Shown here: positions 1 to 7,431 of the stretch, one piece after another
Layout: every line of letters begins with the position of its first letter
How positions within the stretch are numbered: position 1 is the stretch's first letter
From: an uncultured Planctomycetota bacterium
GTDB lineage: Bacteria > Planctomycetota > PUPC01
Assembly (NCBI GenBank): GCA_964385685.1
Contig: CAYLQD010000063.1
Span: 1 to 22,031, forward strand
Length of the DNA: 22,031 bases
Reading direction: 5' to 3'
Position numbers and translations under genes: made by a program
Notes under the pieces: model-generated
Seen by the model: only the letters and a program-made list of their open reading frames with translations
The model's database searches: none
Told to the model about the DNA's origin: nothing

Positions 1-168
1 GGCGGAGGCGACAGGAGGCGAGCCAACGGCCCTCTTGCGGCCTGCGGCCGCCCGGACGGAGTCCGGGCCACCCGACGACGAGCCGGAGGCGACAGGAGGT
101 GGGGCAGCGGCCCTCTTGCGGCCTGCGGCCGCCCGGACGGAGTCCGGGCCACCCGACGACGGGGCGCT
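1..168. repeat. two or more tandem copies of an 84-bp unit inside the 3' (C-terminal) part of the lyase gene; the window starts mid-array
   Basis: gccggaggcgacaggagg...ggccctcttgcggcctgcggccgcccggacggagtccgggccacccgacgacg occurs twice with only a ~9-nt variable block. On the minus strand it encodes the repeated peptide SSGGPDSVRAAAGRKRA(A/V)...PPVAS(G/A). Confidence 0.8.
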
Positions 169-2319
169 CGACAAGCGGTTCTCAGCACGGGGCCCCCGCA
201 TCGGCTCGATGAGGGTGACGAGAAGCTGGTCGCCCTGTCCCTCCCAACTCGCGTGCACGTCGACGGCCGGGACTGGCGGGGCCCGGTGGTGACGCTTGTA
301 CCAGCCACGCGGCGTTGGCTTCTTCCGGCCGTAGAACTTCTCGTACGTCAGCTTCTTCTCACCGAAATGATAGAGGGCGACGTTCGGCCCGTCGGGATCG
401 CGGGTCACAAGCCGCTGCCCGGCGGCGTCGATGTGGACCTCGCCTTCCTTGTAGAGGTGGGCGAAGTTCCATAGCTGGCTGTACCGGTGCCTCGTCTCCG
501 CGTCGAGCCGGTCGATGACGATCCAGAGCCTCTGCTTCCGGAGGAAGATGACCTTCCGGTTGTGGACGACGTCGCCGACCTTCGGCTTCTCCTTGCCGGG
601 GCCGTAGCCCTCGCGGAACCAGCCCTCGGCGAGGTCGAAATACTCCGACGTGTGCCAGAGAGCCTGGATCGGTTTGCTGTAGTCTTTGCCTTTGCCGGAG
701 CCGCGGACCTGCGTGAGCCCGTCGACGACAACGGTGTTGTGGGCGAAGGACGTGGGCATGTATCCGTGGGCGAACGTGAACGTGTAGTTCGTCGGCCCGG
801 AGTCGATCAGCATCGTGCGGCCGAACGCGGTGACCTGGATGCTGTTGGCGTCTTCCGTGCGGTGGCCGGTGCCGGGCCGGCTGCTCTTGAGGAACAGGTG
901 GCGGGCGTCGCCGGTCCATCCGTCGCGCATAATGGTGTAGCCGCCGTGGGGGAAGGCGACGGACGTGAACGCGGGCGGCGGGCCCTTCCCGGCGAAGACG
1001 TGGTCGAAGATCCGATCGACCAGCGGGTCCGGCAGCCACCGGCGGGGCTGCCCGTGCTTCTTTACCGGGTCGCCGTAGGGCTGCTGGTCGACGCCGGGCA
1101 GCAACTCCCTCTGCATCACGCCGGAGGGACGCAGCATGCTGTTCAGGAATCGGTAGCGCATCATCGCCGCGTCGCGCGTGCGCTCGGCCCATTCGGGGAC
1201 TCGGTTCCCCTGCGCCATGAGATGGATCACCGCCTCCACGTTGGGAAGCAGCGCGGTGTTGTAGCCGAACGACTGCTCCTTGTCCGAGCCGTCGGGCAGG
1301 ACGGAGTCGCCGGAGACGTGCCGGATGATTCTCTCGCCGGTGAACGCCAGCCACGCGTCGGCCCGCTTGCAGTCCGGGAGCGCGAGCGCGAGCTTGATGA
1401 GCCCCTGGTTGGCGACGAGTTGCTGGTTCGACGCCTCCGGGTAGCGCCCGTCCACCACGATCCGGTCGGCGTGCTCGTCGATCATGCCGACGAGGATGTT
1501 GGCGAGCGCGGTGCCGGAGATGGCCTCCCTGGTCTTCTCCGGAAGCTTCCTGGCGGCCAGGGAAAAGCCGCTGAGACAGTAGTTCATCCGCCAGCCGATG
1601 TAGAGGCCGGCGTATTCGCTGCAGTCGATGGCGTTGTACTTGAGCAAGTCGCCGGCCTTCTCGATGTCCTTGTAGGCCGGGCTGTGGCGCAGGGCGAAGT
1701 CCTCCCACACCGCGGCCCAGTACGTGAGGTATTTCGGGTCGCCGGCGCTCGGGACGTGTTCGCCCTTCGCGTAGGCCATCATCAGGGGCCTGAGCCAGCC
1801 GAGGGTGCTGAGGTGCGTGGCAAAGTCGCGGTTCGAGCTGTCGTTCAGTCCGTGGCTCACGTCCTTCGGCTGCCCGATCACCGCGTCGATCTTGATCTTG
1901 TACCAGTCGATCCTGCCCGGCTTGCCGATAGTGTTGCGGGAGCGCCCGCGAGCGTGCCGGTCGATCTGGACGATTCCCGCGAGCAGGTCCTCCGGCGTGG
2001 TGTCTCCATTCGGCCAGCCACCGACCCACCCGAAATCGAGCTTGGCGAGGCGTTCGACGAAGATATCGCGGTAGGCGTCGAGGGCCCGCTCGTACTTCTT
2101 GGCGCGATAGAGGCGGCTGACCTCGCGGAGTTCCGGGGCGTCGAGATTCATGTGTGCGAAGAACCGGTCGGCGACGAGGCGGGGCCGCTGGCCGAGGCGA
2201 TAGGCCGTCTCGGCGGCGGGGGACTCGACGGTCAGCGGGTGCGCGCATCCTGCGCCCAGCAGGAGCGCCACGGCCAGAGCCAGCCAGGTCCCCTCGACGC
2301 GGCTCGGGGCCGCAGGCAC
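1..2319 (-). CDS. heparinase II/III-like polysaccharide lyase family protein; the 3' end runs off the window start and the 5' start is uncertain
   Basis: The minus-strand frame that is the exact antisense of the listed + ORF 487..2829 is open from position 1 up to a TAG at 2623-2625. It is missing from the ORF track because it has no stop codon inside the window. Hand translation reads as a real protein: ...SRVEGTWLALAVALLLGAGCAHPLTVES... (signal-peptide-like), ...LRPSGVMQRELLPGVDQQPYGDPVKKHGQPRRWLPDPLVDRIFDHVFAGKG..., and ...SSRPGTGHRTEDANSIQVTAFGRTMLIDSGP.... The segment GHRTEDANSIQV follows an H-x3-D-x2-S pattern reminiscent of the HxHxDxxSF motif of the heparinase II/III / alginate-lyase C-terminal domain. 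The + 780-aa ORF has roughly 95% G/C at codon position 1 and almost no K/N/I/F/Y/W, which marks it as an antisense artefact. Start placed at the GTG at 2317-2319 (MPAAPSRVEGTW...) because the 2330-2620 stretch is low-GC and translates to K/G-rich non-protein-like sequence. An in-frame ATG at 2595 is the alternative start. Confidence 0.5.
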   Translation of the reverse strand, partial: MPAAPSRVEGTWLALAVALLLGAGCAHPLTVESPAAETAYRLGQRPRLVADRFFAHMNLDAPELREVSRLYRAKKYERALDAYRDIFVERLAKLDFGWVGGWPNGDTTPEDLLAGIVQIDRHARGRSRNTIGKPGRIDWYKIKIDAVIGQPKDVSHGLNDSSNRDFATHLSTLGWLRPLMMAYAKGEHVPSAGDPKYLTYWAAVWEDFALRHSPAYKDIEKAGDLLKYNAIDCSEYAGLYIGWRMNYCLSGFSLAARKLPEKTREAISGTALANILVGMIDEHADRIVVDGRYPEASNQQLVANQGLIKLALALPDCKRADAWLAFTGERIIRHVSGDSVLPDGSDKEQSFGYNTALLPNVEAVIHLMAQGNRVPEWAERTRDAAMMRYRFLNSMLRPSGVMQRELLPGVDQQPYGDPVKKHGQPRRWLPDPLVDRIFDHVFAGKGPPPAFTSVAFPHGGYTIMRDGWTGDARHLFLKSSRPGTGHRTEDANSIQVTAFGRTMLIDSGPTNYTFTFAHGYMPTSFAHNTVVVDGLTQVRGSGKGKDYSKPIQALWHTSEYFDLAEGWFREGYGPGKEKPKVGDVVHNRKVIFLRKQRLWIVIDRLDAETRHRYSQLWNFAHLYKEGEVHIDAAGQRLVTRDPDGPNVALYHFGEKKLTYEKFYGRKKPTPRGWYKRHHRAPPVPAVDVHASWEGQGDQLLVTLIEPMRGPRAENRLSSAPSSGGPDSVRAAAGRKRAAAPPPVASGSSSGGPDSVRAAAGRKRAVGSPPVASA

Positions 2320-2819
2320 GTTGCTCGATGTGAAGCCGAGGAAAAAGGGAAAAATGGGAGAATGGGAAAGGGGACCTCTACCAGACCCAGCACCCTCATT
2401 GTGGGGTGTCTGGCGGAAACTCGGGACAGCCAGCGGGTGGCAGTCCCCACTTTCCACCGCGCCTCGCGGCGGCAGCGCAGGCGAAAAACGGGGACTGGCA
2501 CCAGCGAAGCGAACGGAGTGAGCGTAGACGTGCCTGTACCCGCTTTTCGCCCCGGAAGGTCTTTCCCCTTTTCCCTCTTTCCCCGTTTTCCTCATCTTAC
2601 ACCCGGGAGAATTGATCTCCGCCTACACGAAGAGCGTAGGCAAGAACGCACCCGTTGTCAAGGACAGCGGCGGAGGGTGAGCATCCCGGAGATTGCGTGG
2701 TTTGTGCAGGGTCGCGATCTTCGGGAATACGCCGCGGCGAGCGCGCAGGGACTGACCGGTCATGAACCGGTTATCAGCATCGGTTGGGAAGCGGGTGGCT
2801 TCGCTTGGCGGCTGACGGC

Positions 2820-3425
2820 CTACGCGTAGTCGGTGGCTCTGTCAGGACGCTCGGCGCCGGCAATCGCGCCAAGGACGAAGCCGCGAAGGAAGCACGCAAA
2901 GAGCCACGCCTCGGCTTCACTGAAAGGATTCTCGGCGCCGGCGAAGGCAATGCCCCCGTGTTGGGTCACGTATTTCCTCGGCCTCTTTGTGTCCCGCATC
3001 AACTCATGCCCGACCTCGTGGGCGATGATTGCGAAGAACTTGGCCTGTGCTCTTTTGGCCCGCTTATCATCGTTGGCGGCCTCTCGCAGGATCTCGGCGT
3101 GGATGTCCTTGTCAATAACGATGGTCGGCTTGGCCCCCTTCTTGAGTATCGCAAGCCAGGAAACGTACCCACGAATGGGCAAGAGTTGGTCCGATACTGG
3201 AAGCCAGCTATCGATGGAAGCTTGCCTAGCTATGGACGTCCGCAGGCGCACAGGTCTCAGCCAGTCCCACGGAGCGAACGGTTCGTCGCGATGATACGTC
3301 TCGCCGACGACAAATTTGTGCGCCGCGTGCATGGCTCGGGCAACCGAACCGCGACCCTCGAGTTTCTTGAAGGTCTTAATCCATGCGTCGCGTTTGGGCG
3401 CGACGGGATCCGGCTTCCGAGTCAC
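2820..3425 (-). CDS. ImmA/IrrE-family (COG2856-like) HExxH zinc metallopeptidase
   Basis: 201 aa. Contains ...KRAQAKFFAIIAHEVGHELMRD..., i.e. an HExxH motif in the F-x-h-AHE-h-GH context typical of ImmA/IrrE peptidases, followed about 30 residues later by a Glu-rich helix (AENPFSEAEAWLFA) as expected for the third metal ligand. GTG start at 3425 is preceded by GGGGAG 5 nt upstream. The stop TAG of the upstream gene (3436-3438) overlaps this Shine-Dalgarno site, implying translational coupling. Confidence 0.6.
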   Translation of the reverse strand: MTRKPDPVAPKRDAWIKTFKKLEGRGSVARAMHAAHKFVVGETYHRDEPFAPWDWLRPVRLRTSIARQASIDSWLPVSDQLLPIRGYVSWLAILKKGAKPTIVIDKDIHAEILREAANDDKRAKRAQAKFFAIIAHEVGHELMRDTKRPRKYVTQHGGIAFAGAENPFSEAEAWLFACFLRGFVLGAIAGAERPDRATDYA

Positions 3426-3435
3426 TTCTGCTCCC

Positions 3436-3855
3436 CTACTCAGGAAACTGGTTCAGACACTCGGCGATGTAGTGAAGGTGGACGACGGCTCGCTCGAAGG
3501 AGGGTTGGTCCGGAGGAATCTCAACCGGGTCTGGCCTCGACGCAGCTGCATACAGCCCAATCCCGTCCTTGCGCAGCTCTTCAAAGACCCGATGTATCTC
3601 AGAGTCAGGAATGTCAGGATCGAGAGGAAAGAGTTGATCGAGTCCAATACTGAGCACGACTCCGAGGATTTCAAGTTCGGCGGATCGAAAGACTTCCTTG
3701 GCTGTCTTGAGTCGTTGCAGGCGAGTTGGCTCAATACCGGCCAAATAATCCACCCGTTCATCCGTGACTCCAAACTCCTGCTGGGCTCCGTCCACCAGAG
3801 CGGCGAACTCAGCGGACTTTTCTGCGACGTCAATGCGTTTTCTGAATGGCGTCAT
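3436..3855 (-). CDS. hypothetical 139-aa protein, upstream partner of the ImmA-like peptidase; no obvious helix-turn-helix
   Basis: The track ORF 3436..3933 begins at a TTG. The internal ATG at 3853-3855 (MTPFRKRIDVAEKS...) is preceded by GGGAGCGG at a 7-nt spacing, so I prefer that start. Acidic, helical-looking sequence. Near the C-terminus lies ...ERAVVHLHYIAECL (an R-x5-H arrangement). G+C is lower than in the flanking DNA. Confidence 0.5.
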   Translation of the reverse strand: MTPFRKRIDVAEKSAEFAALVDGAQQEFGVTDERVDYLAGIEPTRLQRLKTAKEVFRSAELEILGVVLSIGLDQLFPLDPDIPDSEIHRVFEELRKDGIGLYAAASRPDPVEIPPDQPSFERAVVHLHYIAECLNQFPE

Positions 3856-4489
3856 TTGTCCGCTCCCAGCAGAATCGAGTGTTTGGAAACGAGTGTTCAG
3901 TAGCGGTTTCTTACGCAGCAAATCCCATGCCAAGAGCAGGTGGCGCCGGAGGACAGTTTCTTAACCACTTCTCCTGTAAGCGGATAGAGCTTGCCGAATT
4001 CCTTGGATATCTACTACGCTGCACGCGCGAGTGTTTCCGTGGGTCAACATGAACCGGCTCCAGCGTTGCCAGGGAACAACAGAGAACCAACGGAGTCACG
4101 GTGCAGGAAATTCGCCACAGAGCATCGGGGGGTTGACAAGGCCAAGGCTGACTGTCTCCCGGACATGCAGGCGAAGAATCTGGGGCCGACCGTCGCTGCA
4201 CGTATGTTTAGGATTACGCTAATCTTATCCTCCAGCCGGCGCCTGTCAAGAACAAAATCGCAGGTACTTGCGCACGCTCTCTTGAAACGTATATCGTCAT
4301 GAAAACGGACATTCTTGAGAGCAAAGGGCTTCGGGGTGGAGCGAGGTCATCGGTCGCTCCAAGCCCGCTGCCCCGACAAGATCGGCGCGCCGCGTCTGCC
4401 AGAGGCCGGACGGCCTGCTCGCGCGGCGCGGTGTGGGGCGTCGTTGATGCCGGGGAGCGCGGCGATCAGGTCGTTCTTGATGTGGGGCC

Positions 4490-5533
4490 TCAGCGCCCGA
4501 CGGTTTTGACGCCGGTTTTCTCGCTGGGGTCTTCGATCTCTTCGACGATGTTGTGGCCGGAGCCGAAGAGCTTCTTGCGCTGCTCTTGGGCGTCGCGCCA
4601 CTCCTCAGGACTGTACGTCTGGCCGGGCTGGGCGAACTCCGCGCGCTCGCTCCGCGGCGGGACGGGCCGCTCCTCGGGGCCGTCGTAGTCCTCCTTCGGC
4701 GTCAACTCCTCGCCCAGCCGCGTCGTGCCGTCGCGCTCGACTTCCTCGATGTAGTGGGCGCCGGCGGCGAACGAACGCGCGACGGCCAGGATGGCCCACG
4801 TCGCCTCCGGGCTGAACCCCAGGTCCATCATGACCGCGCCGGTCGCTCCGAGCATGTCGATGTCGACCGGCTCCGCGCTCGCCGCCTGCGCGGCCTTGAC
4901 GATCTCGTGCAGGAAGGCGACGTGCCGGCCCGCGACGCCGAGCGTCTCGGCGCGCGCGACCAGCCGCTTCGCGGCCGGGTCCCGCAGCATGAGGTCGGAG
5001 ACGCCGAGCGCCTCGCTGTCGAGGTTCTCCGCGACGAGCGCGGTCGCCATCTCCGCGGGCGTCTTGCCCTCCTCGCCGGCCCGCGCGAGATAATCGCGGA
5101 GCATGTTGCCGAAGGCCGAGAAGGCGCCGTAGGCGTGGCCGAACGCGAGGACGGACGCGCCGCAGGCCTGCGTGAGGAAGGTCTTCGAGCGGGCGACGAT
5201 CCGCGACATCGCGGCCGGCATCGACATCCCGTCCTCGAGCCCGAGGAGCATGACGCAGTTGAGCATCTGCTCCTCCTCGACAAGCGGGATCCGCGCCTGG
5301 AAATCGACGAAGAGGATGTCGACGAGCCCGTAGCCGCGCTCGACCAGCTCGGTCGTGTCGTAGCCGCGGGCGACGATGCGGTGCACGTTCTTGTAGGCGA
5401 TCTCCGAGACCCACCGGAACGGCTTCCGCTTCGTGTCCGGCGGGACCGTGCCAACTTCGCGCGTCGAGTAGTCGTAGGGCAGCCGCTCGTCGTCGAGGTT
5501 CCCGATGACCTTGTCGTCGTCTAGATGACCCAC
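4490..5533 (-). CDS. citrate synthase-family protein (divergent; citryl-CoA-lyase-like size), paralogue 1
   Basis: The region ...FRWVSEIAYKNVHRIVARGYDTTELVERGYGLVDILFVDFQARIPLVEEEQML... matches the conserved citrate-synthase N-terminal signature (t-IS-iDg..g.L.YRGY.I.dL.e...feEv.yLLl.G.LP...E). A later segment, AFGHAYGAF... LGVSDLMLRDPAAK, resembles the GFGH-x-VYK-x-DPRA region, but Ser replaces the catalytic His. The track ORF 4490..5752 carries an R/P-rich N-terminal run-in. I place the start at the GTG at 5531-5533 (VGHLDDDKVIGN...), with GGAAGGAG 10 nt upstream, overlapping the stop of the upstream paralogue by 13 bp. Confidence 0.5.
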   Translation of the reverse strand: MGHLDDDKVIGNLDDERLPYDYSTREVGTVPPDTKRKPFRWVSEIAYKNVHRIVARGYDTTELVERGYGLVDILFVDFQARIPLVEEEQMLNCVMLLGLEDGMSMPAAMSRIVARSKTFLTQACGASVLAFGHAYGAFSAFGNMLRDYLARAGEEGKTPAEMATALVAENLDSEALGVSDLMLRDPAAKRLVARAETLGVAGRHVAFLHEIVKAAQAASAEPVDIDMLGATGAVMMDLGFSPEATWAILAVARSFAAGAHYIEEVERDGTTRLGEELTPKEDYDGPEERPVPPRSERAEFAQPGQTYSPEEWRDAQEQRKKLFGSGHNIVEEIEDPSEKTGVKTVGR

Positions 5534-6507
5534 TGCCTGTACTCTCCTTCCTCTTTCTGCTTCTTCGCGTAGTCCTGCCGCTCGTTCTGGCTGGGGACGG
5601 GGCGGTCGTCGGGCCCGACGTACTCGATCATGCTGAGGTCGAGCATCTGGACCATCGGCTCGCGCTTCGACGCGGCCCAGGCGCGGCCGCGCTTCATCGA
5701 GTAGAGCGCGTGGGCGGCGCAACTGAACGCGCGGGAGACGCTGCCGATGCACCAGGCGGCGTTGGGCGCGAAGCCGAGATCGCAGAGGGCGGTGTTGCCG
5801 GCGCCGACGACGTTGACGCCGACGTGCGACCGGCCCTCGCGCTCGCGGCGCGCGTGGAAGTGCCGCTCGATGGCCCGCTGGAGTTCGAGATACACGCCGT
5901 TGACTCTCAGCTCCTCCTGCTTGAGGTGGGTCGGTTCCCCCCGCGGGTCCCCGTCGGTGTGCTGCGGCTGGCCGAGGCCCATCACGGGCCGCTTCGCGTC
6001 GAAGTACTCGTCGACGAGCGTCTTGCCGGTCTCATCGAGCGACTTGCCTTCGGCCCGCGCGCGTTCGAGGTGCTTGTTCATCATGTAGCCGTGCGCGGCG
6101 CCGGGCCCGTGGACGCCGCCGAACGTCATGATCGACGCGGCGACGGCGCAGGGCAGGTTGGGCCGGCCGGCGATGACGCCGAGGGCCGCGGCCGCGGAGG
6201 GCGACATCGAGTGCTCCATGAACTCGCCCATCTCGTACTTGAGCATCTCCTCCTCGTTCTCGGTCGGGATGCGGTTCTGGAAGAGGATGAACATCCCGTC
6301 GTAGAACGAGTAGCCCTCTTCGGCGAGGTCGCTCAGGTTGTAGCCGCGGAGGACGGTCTTCTCTTCCGTCTTGAAGGAGATACTCGTCTTGCGCCGGAAG
6401 AGCGGCCGGCGCTCCTTTTCCTCAGGCACCGAGACAGGACGGCGGGGCGGCCCCTCGGACCGGCGCCGCAAGCGAGGCCGTCGGATCTGGATCCCCATCA
6501 GTTTCAT
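5521..6507 (-). CDS. citrate synthase-family protein (divergent), paralogue 2
   Basis: ...TSISFKTEEKTVLRGYNLSDLAEEGYSFYDGMFILFQNRIPTENEEEMLKYEM... is a clear citrate-synthase N-terminal signature. GGVHGPGAAHGYMM resembles the GPLHGGANE region. MGLGQPQHTDGDPRGE resembles GFGHRVYK-x-DPRA, but with Gln at the catalytic His position. The paralogy with the 4490..5533 gene is evident by eye. The ATG at 6507 is preceded by GGAG 6 nt upstream. Confidence 0.55.
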   Translation of the reverse strand: MKLMGIQIRRPRLRRRSEGPPRRPVSVPEEKERRPLFRRKTSISFKTEEKTVLRGYNLSDLAEEGYSFYDGMFILFQNRIPTENEEEMLKYEMGEFMEHSMSPSAAAALGVIAGRPNLPCAVAASIMTFGGVHGPGAAHGYMMNKHLERARAEGKSLDETGKTLVDEYFDAKRPVMGLGQPQHTDGDPRGEPTHLKQEELRVNGVYLELQRAIERHFHARREREGRSHVGVNVVGAGNTALCDLGFAPNAAWCIGSVSRAFSCAAHALYSMKRGRAWAASKREPMVQMLDLSMIEYVGPDDRPVPSQNERQDYAKKQKEEGEYRQWVI

Positions 6508-6638
6508 GGTGCGGCTCCTCTTGTGTGAGTTCCCGGGCTTCCCGCGGCCAGCGGTGCCGGTCAGGCGATGGGCGCGCCGTGGTGCAGCGCAACGCGGTCG
6601 CTTGTCAGCGAGCCGGGCCGGCGCGTGCCTCTAACTCA

Positions 6639-6669
6639 ATTATAAGTCATTGTCGGCGCACGGGTGTCG
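6639..6669 (-). promoter_or_regulatory. candidate sigma-70 promoter for the citrate-synthase-like operon: TATAAT -10 with a weak CCGACA -35 at a 19-nt spacer
   Basis: The minus-strand sense reads ...ccgacacccgtgcgccgacaatgacTTATAATtgagttagagg.... This gives a perfect extended -10, about 130 nt upstream of the ATG at 6507. The -35 is poor. Confidence 0.3.
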
Positions 6670-6790
6670 GAAATGAGCGCGAAGGTGTGGTGGCTGCGCG
6701 TTCTCGTCGGCGGGGTGGTCCTTGGCCGCCGAGCGGGGCTCGGGGGCACTCGAGCGGCGCCTCATGTCTCATGTCCCACGGTCATGCATG

Positions 6791-6806
6791 TGTACCATAT
6801 GGTACA
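6791..6806. promoter_or_regulatory. perfect 16-bp palindrome TGTACCATATGGTACA (TGTA-N8-TACA), copy 1; candidate dimeric transcription-factor operator
   Basis: Exact inverted repeat in a comparatively AT-rich stretch of a 920-bp intergenic region. An identical copy lies 122 bp away. Confidence 0.5.
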
Positions 6807-6912
6807 TTAATAACGCATTTCTGCAGGAGACTCCGCATGCGTGTTATGTTCTAAGAGCATATTTTATCTAGTATTACGGAGCTGATCGGCGGGAACAGGA
6901 AGGCGTAGATTT

Positions 6913-6928
6913 TGTACCATATGGTACA
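6913..6928. promoter_or_regulatory. perfect 16-bp palindrome TGTACCATATGGTACA, copy 2
   Basis: Identical to copy 1. The interval between the two copies contains a further imperfect inverted repeat, AATAACGCAT-N18-ATGCGTGTTAT. Confidence 0.5.
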
Positions 6929-7286
6929 TAAACTGAGCCTTTCTGTTGCGGGGAAGGGCGAGCGACAAGAGGGAACTGCCTCGTCCTCTTGTTCGCTCCC
7001 GCCTTCGCCCTTCGACAAGCTGAGTGCCCGCGGAGGCGGGCAAGGTTCGGCGGACAAGTCGCGGACCCGGACGAAGTTCGGGCCACCCGGAGGCGGTGTG
7101 GCCTTCCCGCGGCTGCCGGTGTGGACGACGAACCATGCGAACTCGTGGGTGAAGACGAGCGCTTATTGAGGTCCATGTTGGTAATGGAATCGCGGCAGCT
7201 TATCAAGAGATTCTTCGCTGACGCTCAGAATGACAGAACTATAGGTCACACAATGAGACATGTCATCCTGAGCGAAGCGAAGTTCA

Positions 7287-7321
7287 CCCGCCCAAGGCGG
7301 GCTTGCCCGCCGCGCAGGCGG
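7287..7321. other. two adjacent GC hairpins with identical stems (CCCGCC-caa-GGCGGG and CCCGCC-gcgca-GGCGGG), 110-145 nt 3' of the flotillin gene
   Basis: Read directly from the sequence. No U-tract follows on either strand. They may act as a terminator or stabiliser for the 7432..9654 transcript. Confidence 0.3.
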
Positions 7322-7431
7322 GGACCTCTGTTGTTCCTCGCTGATGTTCCATTATCAGCATGGAGTTCAATAGAGCGGCGGCGCGGGCGGCGTTGAGGAG
7401 CTTGGTGCCCATGACGTCGCAGATGCCGGCG

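Noticed and set aside
359-2248. 629-aa minus-strand ORF, Arg/Pro-rich
   Set aside because: G/C concentrated at codon position 2 (R, P, A, G runs such as RRRPRP). This is the out-of-phase frame of the real lyase gene, not a protein.
487-2829. 780-aa plus-strand ORF (the largest ORF in the left part of the track)
   Set aside because: About 95% G/C at codon position 1 and a V/D/G/E/A/L/R-only composition with virtually no K/N/I/F/Y/W/M. This is the classic in-phase antisense shadow of a high-GC gene. The real gene is the unlisted minus-strand frame (feature 1..2319).
3846-4302. Small plus-strand ORFs (68, 103 and 63 aa) in the 550-bp gap between the islet and the citrate-synthase-like operon
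   Set aside because: No ribosome-binding sites and non-protein-like composition. The region is more likely promoter or terminator space for the flanking minus-strand genes.
6912-7169. 85-aa plus ORF starting at the ATG in the centre of palindrome 2, and other small ORFs in 6508-7431
   Set aside because: No Shine-Dalgarno site, low-complexity translation (GGGQGSADKSRTRTKFGPPGGG). The ATG is simply the CATATG core of the palindrome.
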